Of a stretch of 64,000 bases of DNA, positions 54,182-63,933 are shown in pieces. The translations under genes were made by a program, and so were the position numbers. The DNA is taken from NCBI GenBank assembly GCA_018699495.1, contig JABIQV010000050.1, forward strand, positions 3,712 to 67,711, given 5' to 3'. The notes below the pieces were generated by a model. The model saw only the letters and a program-made list of their open reading frames with translations, did not search any database and had not been told where the DNA came from. Every line of letters starts with the position of its first letter. Within the stretch, counting starts at the first letter, position 1. The stretch comes from a bacterium. Lineage in GTDB: Bacteria > Margulisbacteria > Marinamargulisbacteria > JABIPA01.

Positions 54182-55285
54182 TTAGACAGAAATCTGAGCA
54201 TATTGTGTGGGCACAGTTTCTTTAATCTTGAACAGTGGAAATGAAGTAAATTGAAAATTAATTCCAACTTTTTCACCAACTTTATACTCATTAGCCGTAT
54301 AATCAGCTAGGGTCAAGTGATGTCCTGTACTCGTTTTGACTGTATATATACTGATACTTCCCATAAATTTAATGTCCATGATTGTAATTTCAATGTCACT
54401 TGTTGGATTAAAAAATATTTGATTTGCACGTATAAACAGGTTCAACTTTTTCTCTCCAATCAAATTAGCAGGGAGGGGGGCTTCATGAATTTCATTTTCT
54501 ATTTTAATGACATTGTTATTTAGCACTGTCACAGGGTAAAGAGATCCTTCTCCCGTAAACAATGCGATATCGGTAGTACTTGGTGCATAATATATGGTTT
54601 GAGGGTCTGCGATTTGATGAATATTATTATCGATAATCACTGCGATAGTCGTCGCATGCGAGTATGCAGATGCCAATGAATTTGTAGATAGAACAAATGC
54701 AAACTTATGCTTTTTAGCTGTTTTTTTGAGTAAGGTTAAAATATCGTTTCTTGGCGCAGTGTTCAAGGAATCTAAAATCGAATCGATTAAAATTAATCGG
54801 GGACCTTTTATCAGTTTTGATGCTAATTTTAAGATGATTTGTTTTTCACAAGTTAAATCACTTATGAGACTTTTTTGTCTTGACTTTAATCCAGACCAAC
54901 TTAACCAATAGTCTAATTCAATTTTTTTTTCGACTAAAAAAGAAATACCAAGTGATGATGAAAGATAGTTTTGAACTGTAAGAGAAGGGTCGTCAATACC
55001 ATCCTCTAGAACCTGTATATCATTTTTTTCTAGTTGGTTTAGAAATGATAAATGAGTTGTTTTTTTTATAGGCAATAGCTCTGAATTATCGTCACCATCG
55101 AGACGATAAAATAACCGTTTAAATAGGCCTTTACGATCAGTGGATAACATTGTCGGTTGCTTTGCCGACTCGATGGAATCATTAATTTTTTGAAGCCATT
55201 CTGTTCTATCTTTAGGTTGAGGCCCAATTAGAAAGGTAAGTGTACCTTCCTGAATACAGGCCTCAATAGAGTCAAAATTAATCAT
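54182..55285 (-). CDS. ABC-ATPase-like protein with a TOBE-like C-terminus and degenerate catalytic motifs
   Basis: Collinear with PotA/MalK-type ATPases. Walker A reads GPQPKDRT, the signature LSGGQ reads LTCEKQ, Walker B reads LILIDSILDS, and the H-loop region reads STNS. Confidence 0.6.
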   Translation of the reverse strand: MINFDSIEACIQEGTLTFLIGPQPKDRTEWLQKINDSIESAKQPTMLSTDRKGLFKRLFYRLDGDDNSELLPIKKTTHLSFLNQLEKNDIQVLEDGIDDPSLTVQNYLSSSLGISFLVEKKIELDYWLSWSGLKSRQKSLISDLTCEKQIILKLASKLIKGPRLILIDSILDSLNTAPRNDILTLLKKTAKKHKFAFVLSTNSLASAYSHATTIAVIIDNNIHQIADPQTIYYAPSTTDIALFTGEGSLYPVTVLNNNVIKIENEIHEAPLPANLIGEKKLNLFIRANQIFFNPTSDIEITIMDIKFMGSISIYTVKTSTGHHLTLADYTANEYKVGEKVGINFQFTSFPLFKIKETVPTQYAQISV

Positions 55286-56683
55286 TTAAATAGAAAGAGA
55301 TCCTACCATTTTTTTTGGATCAACCCATTTATCGAATTCCGATTCTGAAAGATAACCAAGAGACAACGCCGCTTTTTTCAGAGTAGTTTCTTCTTTGAAT
55401 GCTTTTTTCGCTATTTCGGCCGATTTATCGTATCCAATATGAGGGTTCAACGCTGTGACCAACATTAACGAGTTTTTTAAATTTTCTTCTATATTTATAG
55501 TGTTTACTTCAATTCCATTTACACAATGTTCCAAAAAGCTTTTTGTTCCGTCACTAATAAGACGAATTGATTGAAGAATATTATAAATAATAACCGGTTT
55601 ATAAACATTCAATTGAAAACTACCAGAAGCACCGGCAAATCCTATCGTCGCGTCATTACCCATAACTTGCACGGCGATCATAGTTATTGCTTCGCATTGG
55701 GTAGGGTTAACCTTTCCAGGCATGATACTAGATCCTGGCTCGTTTGCTGGAATTGATAATTCTCCAAATCCACACCTAGGTCCAGATGCGGACCATCTGA
55801 TATCGTTACCAATTTTAAAGAGTGCAGCAGCAATGCATTTTAAAGCGCCACTAAGCTCTACCATAGCATCATGTCCAGAAAGAGCTTCAAATTTGTTTTC
55901 GGCACTTTTGAATTGCATGCCAGTTAGTTCAGAAATTTTAGAAGATACATCCTCTGAAAATCCTTCAGGGGTATTTAATCCAGTCCCTACAGCAGTTCCT
56001 CCAATTGCAAGTTCAGAAAGGTAAGGAATACAGTTTTTTAACCGTTGGATTCCATGATCTATTTGAGTAACATAGCCAGAAAATTCTTGACCAACGGTAA
56101 GAGGGGTTGCATCCATAAGGTGTGTTCGTCCAATTTTAACTACATGTTTAAATTCAATCGCTTTTTTCTGAAGTCCTTGCCTAAATTGGTCAAGTACTGG
56201 AAATAATGTTTTATGCAAAGTAAGTACAGTTGCGATATGCATCGCTGTTGGGAAGGTATCGTTTGAGGATTGAGATTTATTCACATCGTCATTTGGATGA
56301 ACCGGTGATTTTGATCCCATGACACCGCCAGCAATTTCGATAGCTCTATTAGAAATCACTTCGTTAACATTCATATTTGTTTGAGTGCCGCTTCCTGTTT
56401 GCCAAACGGAAAGAGGAAAGTGTTCTGACAGATGTCCAGAAATTACTTCATCAGCTGCCTTTATAATTAGCGTTAACTTCTCATCAGATAGTAATTTTTT
56501 TTCATTGTTAACAAGCGCACATGATTTTTTTAAGTATCCAAATGCCTGGATGAATTCTGGAGGAAAGGTTTCGATACCGATATCAAAGTTTTTCAAACTA
56601 CGTGTTGATTGAGCGCCATAGTATTTTTCATTTGGAACATCTATATTCCCCATTGAATCTGATTCTATTCTAACTGTACTCAT
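55286..56683 (-). CDS. fumC: Fumarate hydratase class II
   Basis: [16 protein letters not shown] signature, [21 protein letters not shown]; 465 aa. Confidence 0.95.
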   Translation of the reverse strand: MSTVRIESDSMGNIDVPNEKYYGAQSTRSLKNFDIGIETFPPEFIQAFGYLKKSCALVNNEKKLLSDEKLTLIIKAADEVISGHLSEHFPLSVWQTGSGTQTNMNVNEVISNRAIEIAGGVMGSKSPVHPNDDVNKSQSSNDTFPTAMHIATVLTLHKTLFPVLDQFRQGLQKKAIEFKHVVKIGRTHLMDATPLTVGQEFSGYVTQIDHGIQRLKNCIPYLSELAIGGTAVGTGLNTPEGFSEDVSSKISELTGMQFKSAENKFEALSGHDAMVELSGALKCIAAALFKIGNDIRWSASGPRCGFGELSIPANEPGSSIMPGKVNPTQCEAITMIAVQVMGNDATIGFAGASGSFQLNVYKPVIIYNILQSIRLISDGTKSFLEHCVNGIEVNTINIEENLKNSLMLVTALNPHIGYDKSAEIAKKAFKEETTLKKAALSLGYLSESEFDKWVDPKKMVGSLSI

Positions 56684-56813
56684 TTAAATGCTCCTAAATT
56701 GATCTTAAAATTATTGATTTAATCATGACAAAAAATAAAGGAAAAGTGAATATCTAAAGTGTTTCTTTTGTTTAGTTGATGATTACACGTCTTTTAACTA
56801 ATATAGTATTGGT

Positions 56814-58094
56814 ATGTTAAATTCAATGTTAATATTGGCAGAATCTTCTGATGATTACTCTGTTCCTAAGTTCATTATAGAAAATATGGAAACGTCGTAT
56901 GATGTTTTACGTATAAACGATAAAAATGAGTTTTTTTCAACGTTTTCGACAATGTCTCATAAACTACGAGTTGTGTTGATGAATGAGAACCTTTTTATGG
57001 GTGAGAATACGCAAACCCAGGAAGAAGTTGAACGCCAGATAATTGACGCAATTAAGCAATTGAAGATAATAAATTCTTTACCAGAGATAATTGTTATTTC
57101 CGCGGCTAAAGACATAAAATATGCAGTAAATTGTTTTAAAAATGGGGCCTACGATTTTTTTTCTAATCCCTTGAATCCAGAGAAAATCAAACTTGTCTTA
57201 GAGTCTATTTTAATGAGATCTTCCTATTTAAATAAAATTGAGCAAATGAAAGAGTCTTTGATGTTCAAAAAAGAAGATTTCCAGAAGCGCCAAGAGCTCC
57301 TTCATTCTTTAATTATTAAACGGAGAGCAGAAGGTGAATTATTGAAATCTGATGAAATTATTTCAATATTTTTTTCAAAAAATAGTCGGGGACTGTCTAG
57401 CATAAAAGAACTTGAATCTTATCTAACTATAATGAATGAAAAATATTTAAGTTCTGATAATAAAGAAACAATTTTGGTTGTCGAGGATGATGATATTTTA
57501 CTGGATAATTTGAGACTCTTTTTGTCGGATAAATATAATGTTTTGTTGGCTGAAGATGGAGGTAAAGCAAAAGAATTGATTCGAAATAATTCAATAGATT
57601 TGATTTTACTAGACATTTATTTACCAGATGTTAATGGCGTCGATTTAATTGACGAAATTCAAGGGCAAATAAATGATGCTGAAATCATTGCAATGTCTGC
57701 TTACCAAGAAATTGAAATGGCAGCAGTTATGATGAGGAAAGGCGCTTGTGATTATTTATCAAAACCATTTTATGAAATTGATTTAATGAATACAGTGTCC
57801 AGGGCGCTTCAAAAAAGATATTTAAACTTGGTCGTTCCAGAAATTCAGAAATGTATGCTTGAGAAGAACCTTTCGAAAGAGGAAAAAATTCAATTGTTGA
57901 ACCAGTTAATTAAAGATAAATTAAAAAATTCAGAGCCTATGTATATAAAAGATGTCTATCATTTTTTTCCTGAACTGAAAGAAATTAATATTCCCGAAAC
58001 TGTCCCAATTCCCCAAAGTGTAATAGATTCGGATATTACGTTATTTATTGACAATCTAAGTAAAAATTTAAATAAAATTCCAGACATTAAATAA
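56814..58094 (+). CDS. Tandem-receiver protein: degenerate N-terminal REC plus canonical second REC; no recognised output domain
   Basis: REC2: ILVVEDDD...DLILLDIYLPDVNG...AMSA...YLSKP. REC1 has Asn at the phospho-acceptor position (VVLMNENLF). Confidence 0.7.
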   Translation: MLNSMLILAESSDDYSVPKFIIENMETSYDVLRINDKNEFFSTFSTMSHKLRVVLMNENLFMGENTQTQEEVERQIIDAIKQLKIINSLPEIIVISAAKDIKYAVNCFKNGAYDFFSNPLNPEKIKLVLESILMRSSYLNKIEQMKESLMFKKEDFQKRQELLHSLIIKRRAEGELLKSDEIISIFFSKNSRGLSSIKELESYLTIMNEKYLSSDNKETILVVEDDDILLDNLRLFLSDKYNVLLAEDGGKAKELIRNNSIDLILLDIYLPDVNGVDLIDEIQGQINDAEIIAMSAYQEIEMAAVMMRKGACDYLSKPFYEIDLMNTVSRALQKRYLNLVVPEIQKCMLEKNLSKEEKIQLLNQLIKDKLKNSEPMYIKDVYHFFPELKEINIPETVPIPQSVIDSDITLFIDNLSKNLNKIPDIK

Positions 58095-58175
58095 ATTCGT
58101 GTGTGTGTTGATTAAATACATACAACAATATTTATTTTTAGCATTGGCGTTACTGTAGCTCACCCATTACCTAAA

Positions 58176-59681
58176 TTATAAGTGGATATTAAGAGTTGAG
58201 AGTTTTTTAGTGTAAATATCTAAAACATCGATAGAATGATTATTTGTATTGGCGATATAGATTTTAGACCCTATTTTTGCGAATGACTTAGCGCCATTTA
58301 AGTTATGGTTACGAGACCCGTCAGTCCTATAAAAATCTTCACTATATTTACTTCTTTTTTTTATTCGAGATATTGAAGAAAACTCAGAATCAAGAATGTA
58401 AAAATAGTTAGTATCCGAAATAATATCTGACGAATAATACGGAGATATATCTTGTATGGTGAGTGTTAATGACGGTGGTTTAGTTGATTGATTTGAGTTT
58501 AAATAAGTGGCCTTTTTTTCTACGGAAAAAAGACGAGTTTTTTTTGAATCAAGAATGTGTAAATTGTTTTCCGAAACATATAAAGCCGTTGGATAGGAAA
58601 CGGTGTTTTTTGTTTCAAATGCATCGGTTAGTTTTAACGTCGCCAGGTTAATTTTGTAGAGTTCGCCGACGATAGGACACGTAATATATATATGTTTGTC
58701 ATAGATTTCAATATCATATGGATAAAAAATATCCGATTCTCCAAAGCTAATATTTGCAGACGTGAAAGACGGTTCCAGACTTGTTACATGGTTCGTATCA
58801 AAATTAGCAATACGAATCAATTTATTATCTGAATCAGCAATATACAAAAGATTTTCATTTAAAACAGTTCCTCTAGGGCCAAAGAATTTTGAATCATTAA
58901 AATTTCCATTTAATAATCCGATTTCCCCACTTCCAATTATTTTCACTATTTCGCCTTCTGTTGAAGTGACGATAATCCGGTTGTTACCGGTATCAGAAAT
59001 AAAGAGTCTGTTATTAACGCTATCGGCAGAGATATGAGACGGGTAATTTAACGTGCTTAAAGGGTTTGAATAATTTTCTATTTCATAAGTGGGTGGCACT
59101 ATCATTCTTTTTTTAATGTAATGAGGTAGTTTTTTTTCTATTATTGATTCTATTGTTGAGAGGGAAGGGATGTTTAGTAGATGGGTAAGGAAATAGCCAG
59201 TCGGATCAATTAGTAAAAATTGTGGGTTTTGATCATTTAACCTTAATCTAGATAATGAAGTCGAATTACTTGAATATCCGATAAGAAAGTCTAAGTTATG
59301 TTGTTTGATGGATTCCAATATCGTCCGTTTAGCATTATTTTCTCTTGTAGGCTCTGGGAAAATACCAATAACAGTAACTTCTTCCGGATAGAGATTAATG
59401 AATGACGAAATTTGGTTTTTATATTGATTGTAAAGAAGATTATCTCTATCAAAAAAAATAACAACTATTAGTTGGCCATAAAGAGACTTTAAGTTCACGT
59501 CACTTTGAGTATTTACAAACGTAATGGAGTCGAGAAAGTCGTAGGCTTTATTGGTCGGTATTACTTCAGACACTGAATTTGAAATATTACCTTCAGACGT
59601 GATGGAATATAAAGACGTCGACGTATATACGATGAACAAAAAACAAAGTAAAAGTGACTTAATTAAATATGTATGTTTCAT
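58176..59681 (-). CDS. Secreted thioredoxin-fold (redoxin-like) plus NHL-repeat beta-propeller protein, without a CxxC
   Basis: Signal peptide. Redoxin-like layout (LKSLYGQLIVVIFF...VTVIGIF...PQFLLIDPTGY), with DRDNLLYN where CxxC is expected. NHL-type repeats (FISDTGNNRIIV, YIADSDNKLIRI, YIANTNNHSIDV). Confidence 0.7.
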   Translation of the reverse strand: MKHTYLIKSLLLCFLFIVYTSTSLYSITSEGNISNSVSEVIPTNKAYDFLDSITFVNTQSDVNLKSLYGQLIVVIFFDRDNLLYNQYKNQISSFINLYPEEVTVIGIFPEPTRENNAKRTILESIKQHNLDFLIGYSSNSTSLSRLRLNDQNPQFLLIDPTGYFLTHLLNIPSLSTIESIIEKKLPHYIKKRMIVPPTYEIENYSNPLSTLNYPSHISADSVNNRLFISDTGNNRIIVTSTEGEIVKIIGSGEIGLLNGNFNDSKFFGPRGTVLNENLLYIADSDNKLIRIANFDTNHVTSLEPSFTSANISFGESDIFYPYDIEIYDKHIYITCPIVGELYKINLATLKLTDAFETKNTVSYPTALYVSENNLHILDSKKTRLFSVEKKATYLNSNQSTKPPSLTLTIQDISPYYSSDIISDTNYFYILDSEFSSISRIKKRSKYSEDFYRTDGSRNHNLNGAKSFAKIGSKIYIANTNNHSIDVLDIYTKKLSTLNIHL

Positions 59682-59844
59682 AGTTTTCCAAAATTTAATA
59701 ACTAGGGACTATATCAATGATTCCTCGACTTTTTAAGATGGAATTTAATATTTGGTATAACCTTAACTAATATAATACCACGTTGCTTGCTTTAGCGTAT
59801 TTTATTATTATATAAAGACGATCTCGTTATATTAAGGATAATAA

Positions 59845-60081
59845 ATGAAAATAAATGGAGCTAGTAATGATCAATCCATTTCTTCTTCAGAAGAAATGGC
59901 CAAAAAAAATTTAGAGGGCGTAAAAGAAATTTTAGCAGGGACGATTAATGGGTTTCTAAAGCAGGCGACAGAAGATACAAAAAAGAAAACAAAGAAACTA
60001 CTCTTAATGGCTGAAGAAGAGTTTGAAAAACTAGGTGATGAAACCGAAGCAGAGAATGAAAGTGAACGTGACGATGAGTAA
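59845..60081 (+). CDS. Small acidic hypothetical protein (78 aa)
   Basis: ORF with upstream aagga. Its stop overlaps the next ATG by 8 nt, suggesting coupling. Confidence 0.4.
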   Translation: MKINGASNDQSISSSEEMAKKNLEGVKEILAGTINGFLKQATEDTKKKTKKLLLMAEEEFEKLGDETEAENESERDDE

Positions 60082-60484
60082 TAATTATATTGACATCAAT
60101 CACTTAAACGAAGCGAGTAAAAAATATCAACGTGTTTTTGAAAAGACAAATTTAGTTAAAGCTGATCCTTTTGGCTTAATTAAAGATGTATTTAATTCTC
60201 TAAATAAAAGTATAGAAAGTATCGTTATTTCGAATTATTCTTCAAGTTTCCATGTTCAACGCTATTATACGTTAAAAATAACTACTCATGAAATGGAATT
60301 GGTTGAAAAAAATGAGACAGTTAAAAACATCATTAACTGTAATTTAGATACCAAAGAAATCACATTAAACCAACAAAAAATGCCTGTTTTTTTCTATAAG
60401 TCTTTTTCGTTACGAATAAAAAAAATTTTTAACGATATTAAATCATTAAAAGCATTGGTTTATGAAGAACATAGAGAGCGGTAA
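60074..60484 (+). CDS. Hypothetical protein (136 aa from ATG 60074)
   Basis: ORF in the operon leading to tlyA. The tracked start at 60035 overlaps the previous ORF more deeply. Confidence 0.45.
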   Translation: MSNNYIDINHLNEASKKYQRVFEKTNLVKADPFGLIKDVFNSLNKSIESIVISNYSSSFHVQRYYTLKITTHEMELVEKNETVKNIINCNLDTKEITLNQQKMPVFFYKSFSLRIKKIFNDIKSLKALVYEEHRER

Positions 60485-61367
60485 CTTTTCTATAGATAAT
60501 TCAGGAAATGACAGAAAGTCCGGATTCAAGAACGAAGGATTAACAGGAAAGAGTGGGAATAAATTTCTCGAAAATATTTCTTCGCCGACTTTTTTCAGTT
60601 CCAGTAAGAATAACCCTAAACAAAAGATTCGAATCGACGAACTAGTTCATAAGCTAAACCCCGAAATAAGTTTAGAGAAATGTAAAAAATTAATTATGGC
60701 CGGTCAAATTCGGTCCGATAGCCAACCTGTGGATAAGCCAGGTACACGTGTGAAGCAATCTGCTTGTGTAGAGATAATCGGGATTAAAAAATACGTTAGC
60801 CGTGCAGGTTACAAACTAGAAGGTGCATGGAAAGAGATTAACTTTTCGATAAAAGGAAAAATTGCTTTAGATATAGGTATTTCAACTGGTGGATTTACAG
60901 ATTTTTTACTACAGAAAAATATTTTTCATGTTATTGGTGTGGATGTTGGTCAGGGAATTACAGACAACAAAATAAGAAATAATGAACGATGTACATTATT
61001 AGAAAAAACAAATGCTAGAAATTTGACCCTAGAGACAGTAAGGCCGATTACTAAACATTTGGGTAGAGAAATTGATCTCGTTTTGATGGATGTTTCATTT
61101 ATAAGTGTATTAAAAATTATTCCGGCTTTAATTAAGTGTGTGTCTAAAACAGCGGAATTTGTCATTATGGTAAAACCACAATTTGAAATAGAAAAGCACA
61201 GAGTTCCTAATGGAGGTGTTTTATCGGCATCCGATTCAGAAGATGTCTTTAAGACTATGCGTCAACGATTTGTTAGTTTTGGATTTGAAATTAAGGGAGA
61301 AGGAAACGCAGGCATAAAGGGAACGAAAGGTAATCAAGAGCGGTTTTATTGGATGGAAATGAAATGA
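60462..61367 (+). CDS. tlyA: TlyA-family rRNA 2'-O-methyltransferase (S4 plus FtsJ-like) with a ~55-aa N-terminal extension
   Basis: S4-like IRIDELV......SLEKCKKLIMAGQI. YVSRAGYKLEGA, ALDIGISTGGFTDFLLQ, DVG and DVSFIS motifs. Confidence 0.85.
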   Translation: MKNIESGNFSIDNSGNDRKSGFKNEGLTGKSGNKFLENISSPTFFSSSKNNPKQKIRIDELVHKLNPEISLEKCKKLIMAGQIRSDSQPVDKPGTRVKQSACVEIIGIKKYVSRAGYKLEGAWKEINFSIKGKIALDIGISTGGFTDFLLQKNIFHVIGVDVGQGITDNKIRNNERCTLLEKTNARNLTLETVRPITKHLGREIDLVLMDVSFISVLKIIPALIKCVSKTAEFVIMVKPQFEIEKHRVPNGGVLSASDSEDVFKTMRQRFVSFGFEIKGEGNAGIKGTKGNQERFYWMEMK

Positions 61368-62044
61368 AATTGATTGTTGTAGGACTCTTTTTTTGGGCTC
61401 AGTCGGTTATTTTTTGTATTAAAAACCTCCCTATTTTTTTTAAACATCCTTATTTGATTTACATAGATTTTTGGCTATTTATTTATTATTTTTTTAATTT
61501 TTCACAAGAAAAACATCTAGTGGAGATGAAACAAGCATGTAATAAAAAAGGATGGTCGTTTAACGATGATACGTCAGACTTTACCTATGGAGAGACGCCA
61601 TATTTTACGATAAGAAATATATTAAAATCTGTATCGCCCACTGCAAATGACACGTTCGTAGACCTAGGATCTGGGAAGGGGAGATGTGTTTTATTTGCAG
61701 CCTGTTATTTCGGGCTTGAGGCCGTTGGCGTGGATATGATTCCTTCGTTCCGGATTTTGTCTTCAAAAGTTGTGAATCGGTTATCTTTGACATCGATAAA
61801 TTTGGTAGAATCAGATTTTGAGGCCATTAATTTTGATAATTATTCGATTATTTATATTTGTGGCACCTGTTTTGGAAAAGAAACGTGGGACATCATTCAT
61901 TCAAAATTGGGGGCTGTGAAGACCGGGACTAGGGTTGTTTCTGTTACGTATTCTCTTCAATCCAGTAACTTACGAATGGTATCCGCTTCGGTGGAGCGGT
62001 TTGAATGGGGACTCGATAAAGTATATATCTATCAATGCGGGTAA
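61364..62044 (+). CDS. Membrane-anchored class I SAM-dependent methyltransferase
   Basis: Two N-terminal hydrophobic segments. SAM motif I FVDLGSGKGRCVL, and later acidic and IIYICG blocks. ATGA overlap with the tlyA stop. Confidence 0.65.
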   Translation: MKLIVVGLFFWAQSVIFCIKNLPIFFKHPYLIYIDFWLFIYYFFNFSQEKHLVEMKQACNKKGWSFNDDTSDFTYGETPYFTIRNILKSVSPTANDTFVDLGSGKGRCVLFAACYFGLEAVGVDMIPSFRILSSKVVNRLSLTSINLVESDFEAINFDNYSIIYICGTCFGKETWDIIHSKLGAVKTGTRVVSVTYSLQSSNLRMVSASVERFEWGLDKVYIYQCG

Positions 62045-62291
62045 TTTTAAACGTTTAGTTTTCATAAGGTTTTGTTCTTAGGTATCTTTTTTTTGGAGCG
62101 AATGCTTTTTAAGCGATGAGTCCTTGGTTTCTGATCTTTTTTGCGATTTGAGATCTACTAGTCATCGTTTAAATTGATGTCTCTCATGTCACGGATGGCT
62201 ATTGTTAAATAAAATATGAGAGTAAAAAAAATATACATCTGTTCATTGCCTTATTCTTACCTATATAATCTATTAAAATAATAAACTTAAT

Positions 62292-63914
62292 ATGATTAAA
62301 CAACTACGAATTTCTAATTTTCTAACGATCACCAATGAAGACATTGATTTTAAACCAGGGTTTTCCGTTTTTACGGGGGAAACAGGTGCTGGAAAATCAA
62401 TATTAATAGAGGCATTAAGCATTGTTCTTGGCGCGCCTGCAAATGAGTCTTTTATTAAAATTGGGAATACAGAGTCTTTTGTAGAAGGACAGTTTGAATT
62501 GTCCGAAGAAAATTCGAAAAAATTTGAAGATTTAACGTTTGGTGAAACGTCGATTACTGTATTTAGGCGAATTTCAAATAATAAACCAAATATAATTAGA
62601 GTCAACCAACAAACTTGTTCATTGAAAAAGTTAAGAGAGTTAGCGGGGTCGCTTTGTCAGGTCGTAAATCAACATGAACAACTTGAACTTTTTGACAGAA
62701 ATTTCCAGCTTGATTTGGTAGATGCTTATTCTGCTTTAGAAATTAAAGGGCCTCTTTTGACTTATAGACATTCATTTCAGAGATGGCAGGATTTAAGAAA
62801 AAAAATGTCAAATTTGGGCGCAAGTAAAGAAGCTATTATTAAAAGAATGGACTACTTAGACTTTCAAATAAATGAAATCGAGTCTTATTCATTTGAAGAA
62901 CACGAAGAAGGGCACCTTGATAATCGACTAAAAGAACTAAATAATCTGGAGACACTAAAAGGCAGTCTTAGACAGGCTCAGTCCAAAGCATCTTCGGCTT
63001 ACTCACAATTAGGTGCAGTAGAAAATAGTTTGGACCCATTAGCTCAATCTGGATTTATTTCTGATGAAATAAATGAGTATATAAAAACAGCAATGGTGTC
63101 CTTAGAAGAAACGCAAAATATGTTCTCGAAAAAATCCTATGAACTTATGCAAGTGGATGAATCTGATTTGGAAAGAATTGAAGAACGAGTCAAATTAATC
63201 TTTGACACCAAATCAAAGTATCACTGTAAAACGTTGGCGGATCTTGCAATTTTTAGTCAGGCGCTTATGGAAAAAAGGAAAGCTTACGATAGTAGTCTAA
63301 AAGACTATAATTTATATGAGCAAGAAAAGTCAGACTTAGAATCAGATATGATGCTTCAACAAAATATTCTTTTTGGAATTAGACAAAAAGCTGTTGAATC
63401 GTTTCAGTATAAAATTAAAGTCGATTTAATAAATCTGGAATTTCAGTTTGTAGAAACACGGTTCGAGGTATTTTTAGAGGCAGGGAAATTTGACAAAAAT
63501 GCTGGAATGTCGTGTAATTTCTTAATCTCGACTTTACCAGGACATGAAGTTAAGGAACTGAGTTCGGTATTATCTGGGGGAGAAATTTCCAGGCTACTTC
63601 TTTCTATTCATAAAGTTGTGCAAGGGGTATCTGGAAAAAGTGTATTAGTTTTTGACGAAATAGACACCGGCATTGGTGGCGTTACGGCAAAAAAAATGGG
63701 TGAAATGATGAGTGATCTCAGCAAAAAATGTCAAATTTTAGCGGTCACTCATTTACCTCAAATTGCTTCGCAAGCGGAGCATCATTTTTTGGTTAAGAAA
63801 AGGGTGTCTGAAACGGATTTTTCGACATCAATACAAGAATTAAATAAAACAGAAAAAGAAGACGAATATTTGAGAATGAATGGCCATATCGATTTTGCGG
63901 CCGTGCGAAGATAA
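62292..63914 (+). CDS. recN: DNA repair protein RecN (SMC-like ATPase)
   Basis: Walker A GETGAGKS at the N-terminus, long coiled coil, C-terminal LSGGEISR and VLVFDEIDTGIGG. Confidence 0.9.
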   Translation: MIKQLRISNFLTITNEDIDFKPGFSVFTGETGAGKSILIEALSIVLGAPANESFIKIGNTESFVEGQFELSEENSKKFEDLTFGETSITVFRRISNNKPNIIRVNQQTCSLKKLRELAGSLCQVVNQHEQLELFDRNFQLDLVDAYSALEIKGPLLTYRHSFQRWQDLRKKMSNLGASKEAIIKRMDYLDFQINEIESYSFEEHEEGHLDNRLKELNNLETLKGSLRQAQSKASSAYSQLGAVENSLDPLAQSGFISDEINEYIKTAMVSLEETQNMFSKKSYELMQVDESDLERIEERVKLIFDTKSKYHCKTLADLAIFSQALMEKRKAYDSSLKDYNLYEQEKSDLESDMMLQQNILFGIRQKAVESFQYKIKVDLINLEFQFVETRFEVFLEAGKFDKNAGMSCNFLISTLPGHEVKELSSVLSGGEISRLLLSIHKVVQGVSGKSVLVFDEIDTGIGGVTAKKMGEMMSDLSKKCQILAVTHLPQIASQAEHHFLVKKRVSETDFSTSIQELNKTEKEDEYLRMNGHIDFAAVRR

Positions 63915-63933
63915 ACTTTAGGAGGAAAATGGC

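Noticed and set aside
62045-62291. LexA/SOS box upstream of recN
   Set aside because: I checked the patterns I remember (CTGT-N8-ACAG, GAAC-N4-GTTC, TTTG-N5-CAAA, TTAC-N3-GTAA). No convincing palindrome is present. The lineage's box is unknown.
26275-62605. Further shadow ORFs: 26275-26625, 26986-27279, 27415-27600, 31436-31777, 32083-32301, 32308-32508, 32636-32827, 33978-34160, 34178-34384, 34406-34693, 34677-34937, 36907-37254, 37499-37705, 38895-39110, 40009-40230, 44900-45094, 48197-48424, 48313-48495, 49593-49790, 50588-50824, 51970-52275, 52744-53082, 53920-54144, 54317-54523, 54726-54911, 55571-55756, 55722-56024, 56385-56612, 57419-57616, 58762-59037, 59551-59736, 60950-61165, 61605-61793, 62273-62605, 63782-63964
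   Set aside because: The reasoning is the same. All overlap stronger genes on the other strand or frame and show no family signature.
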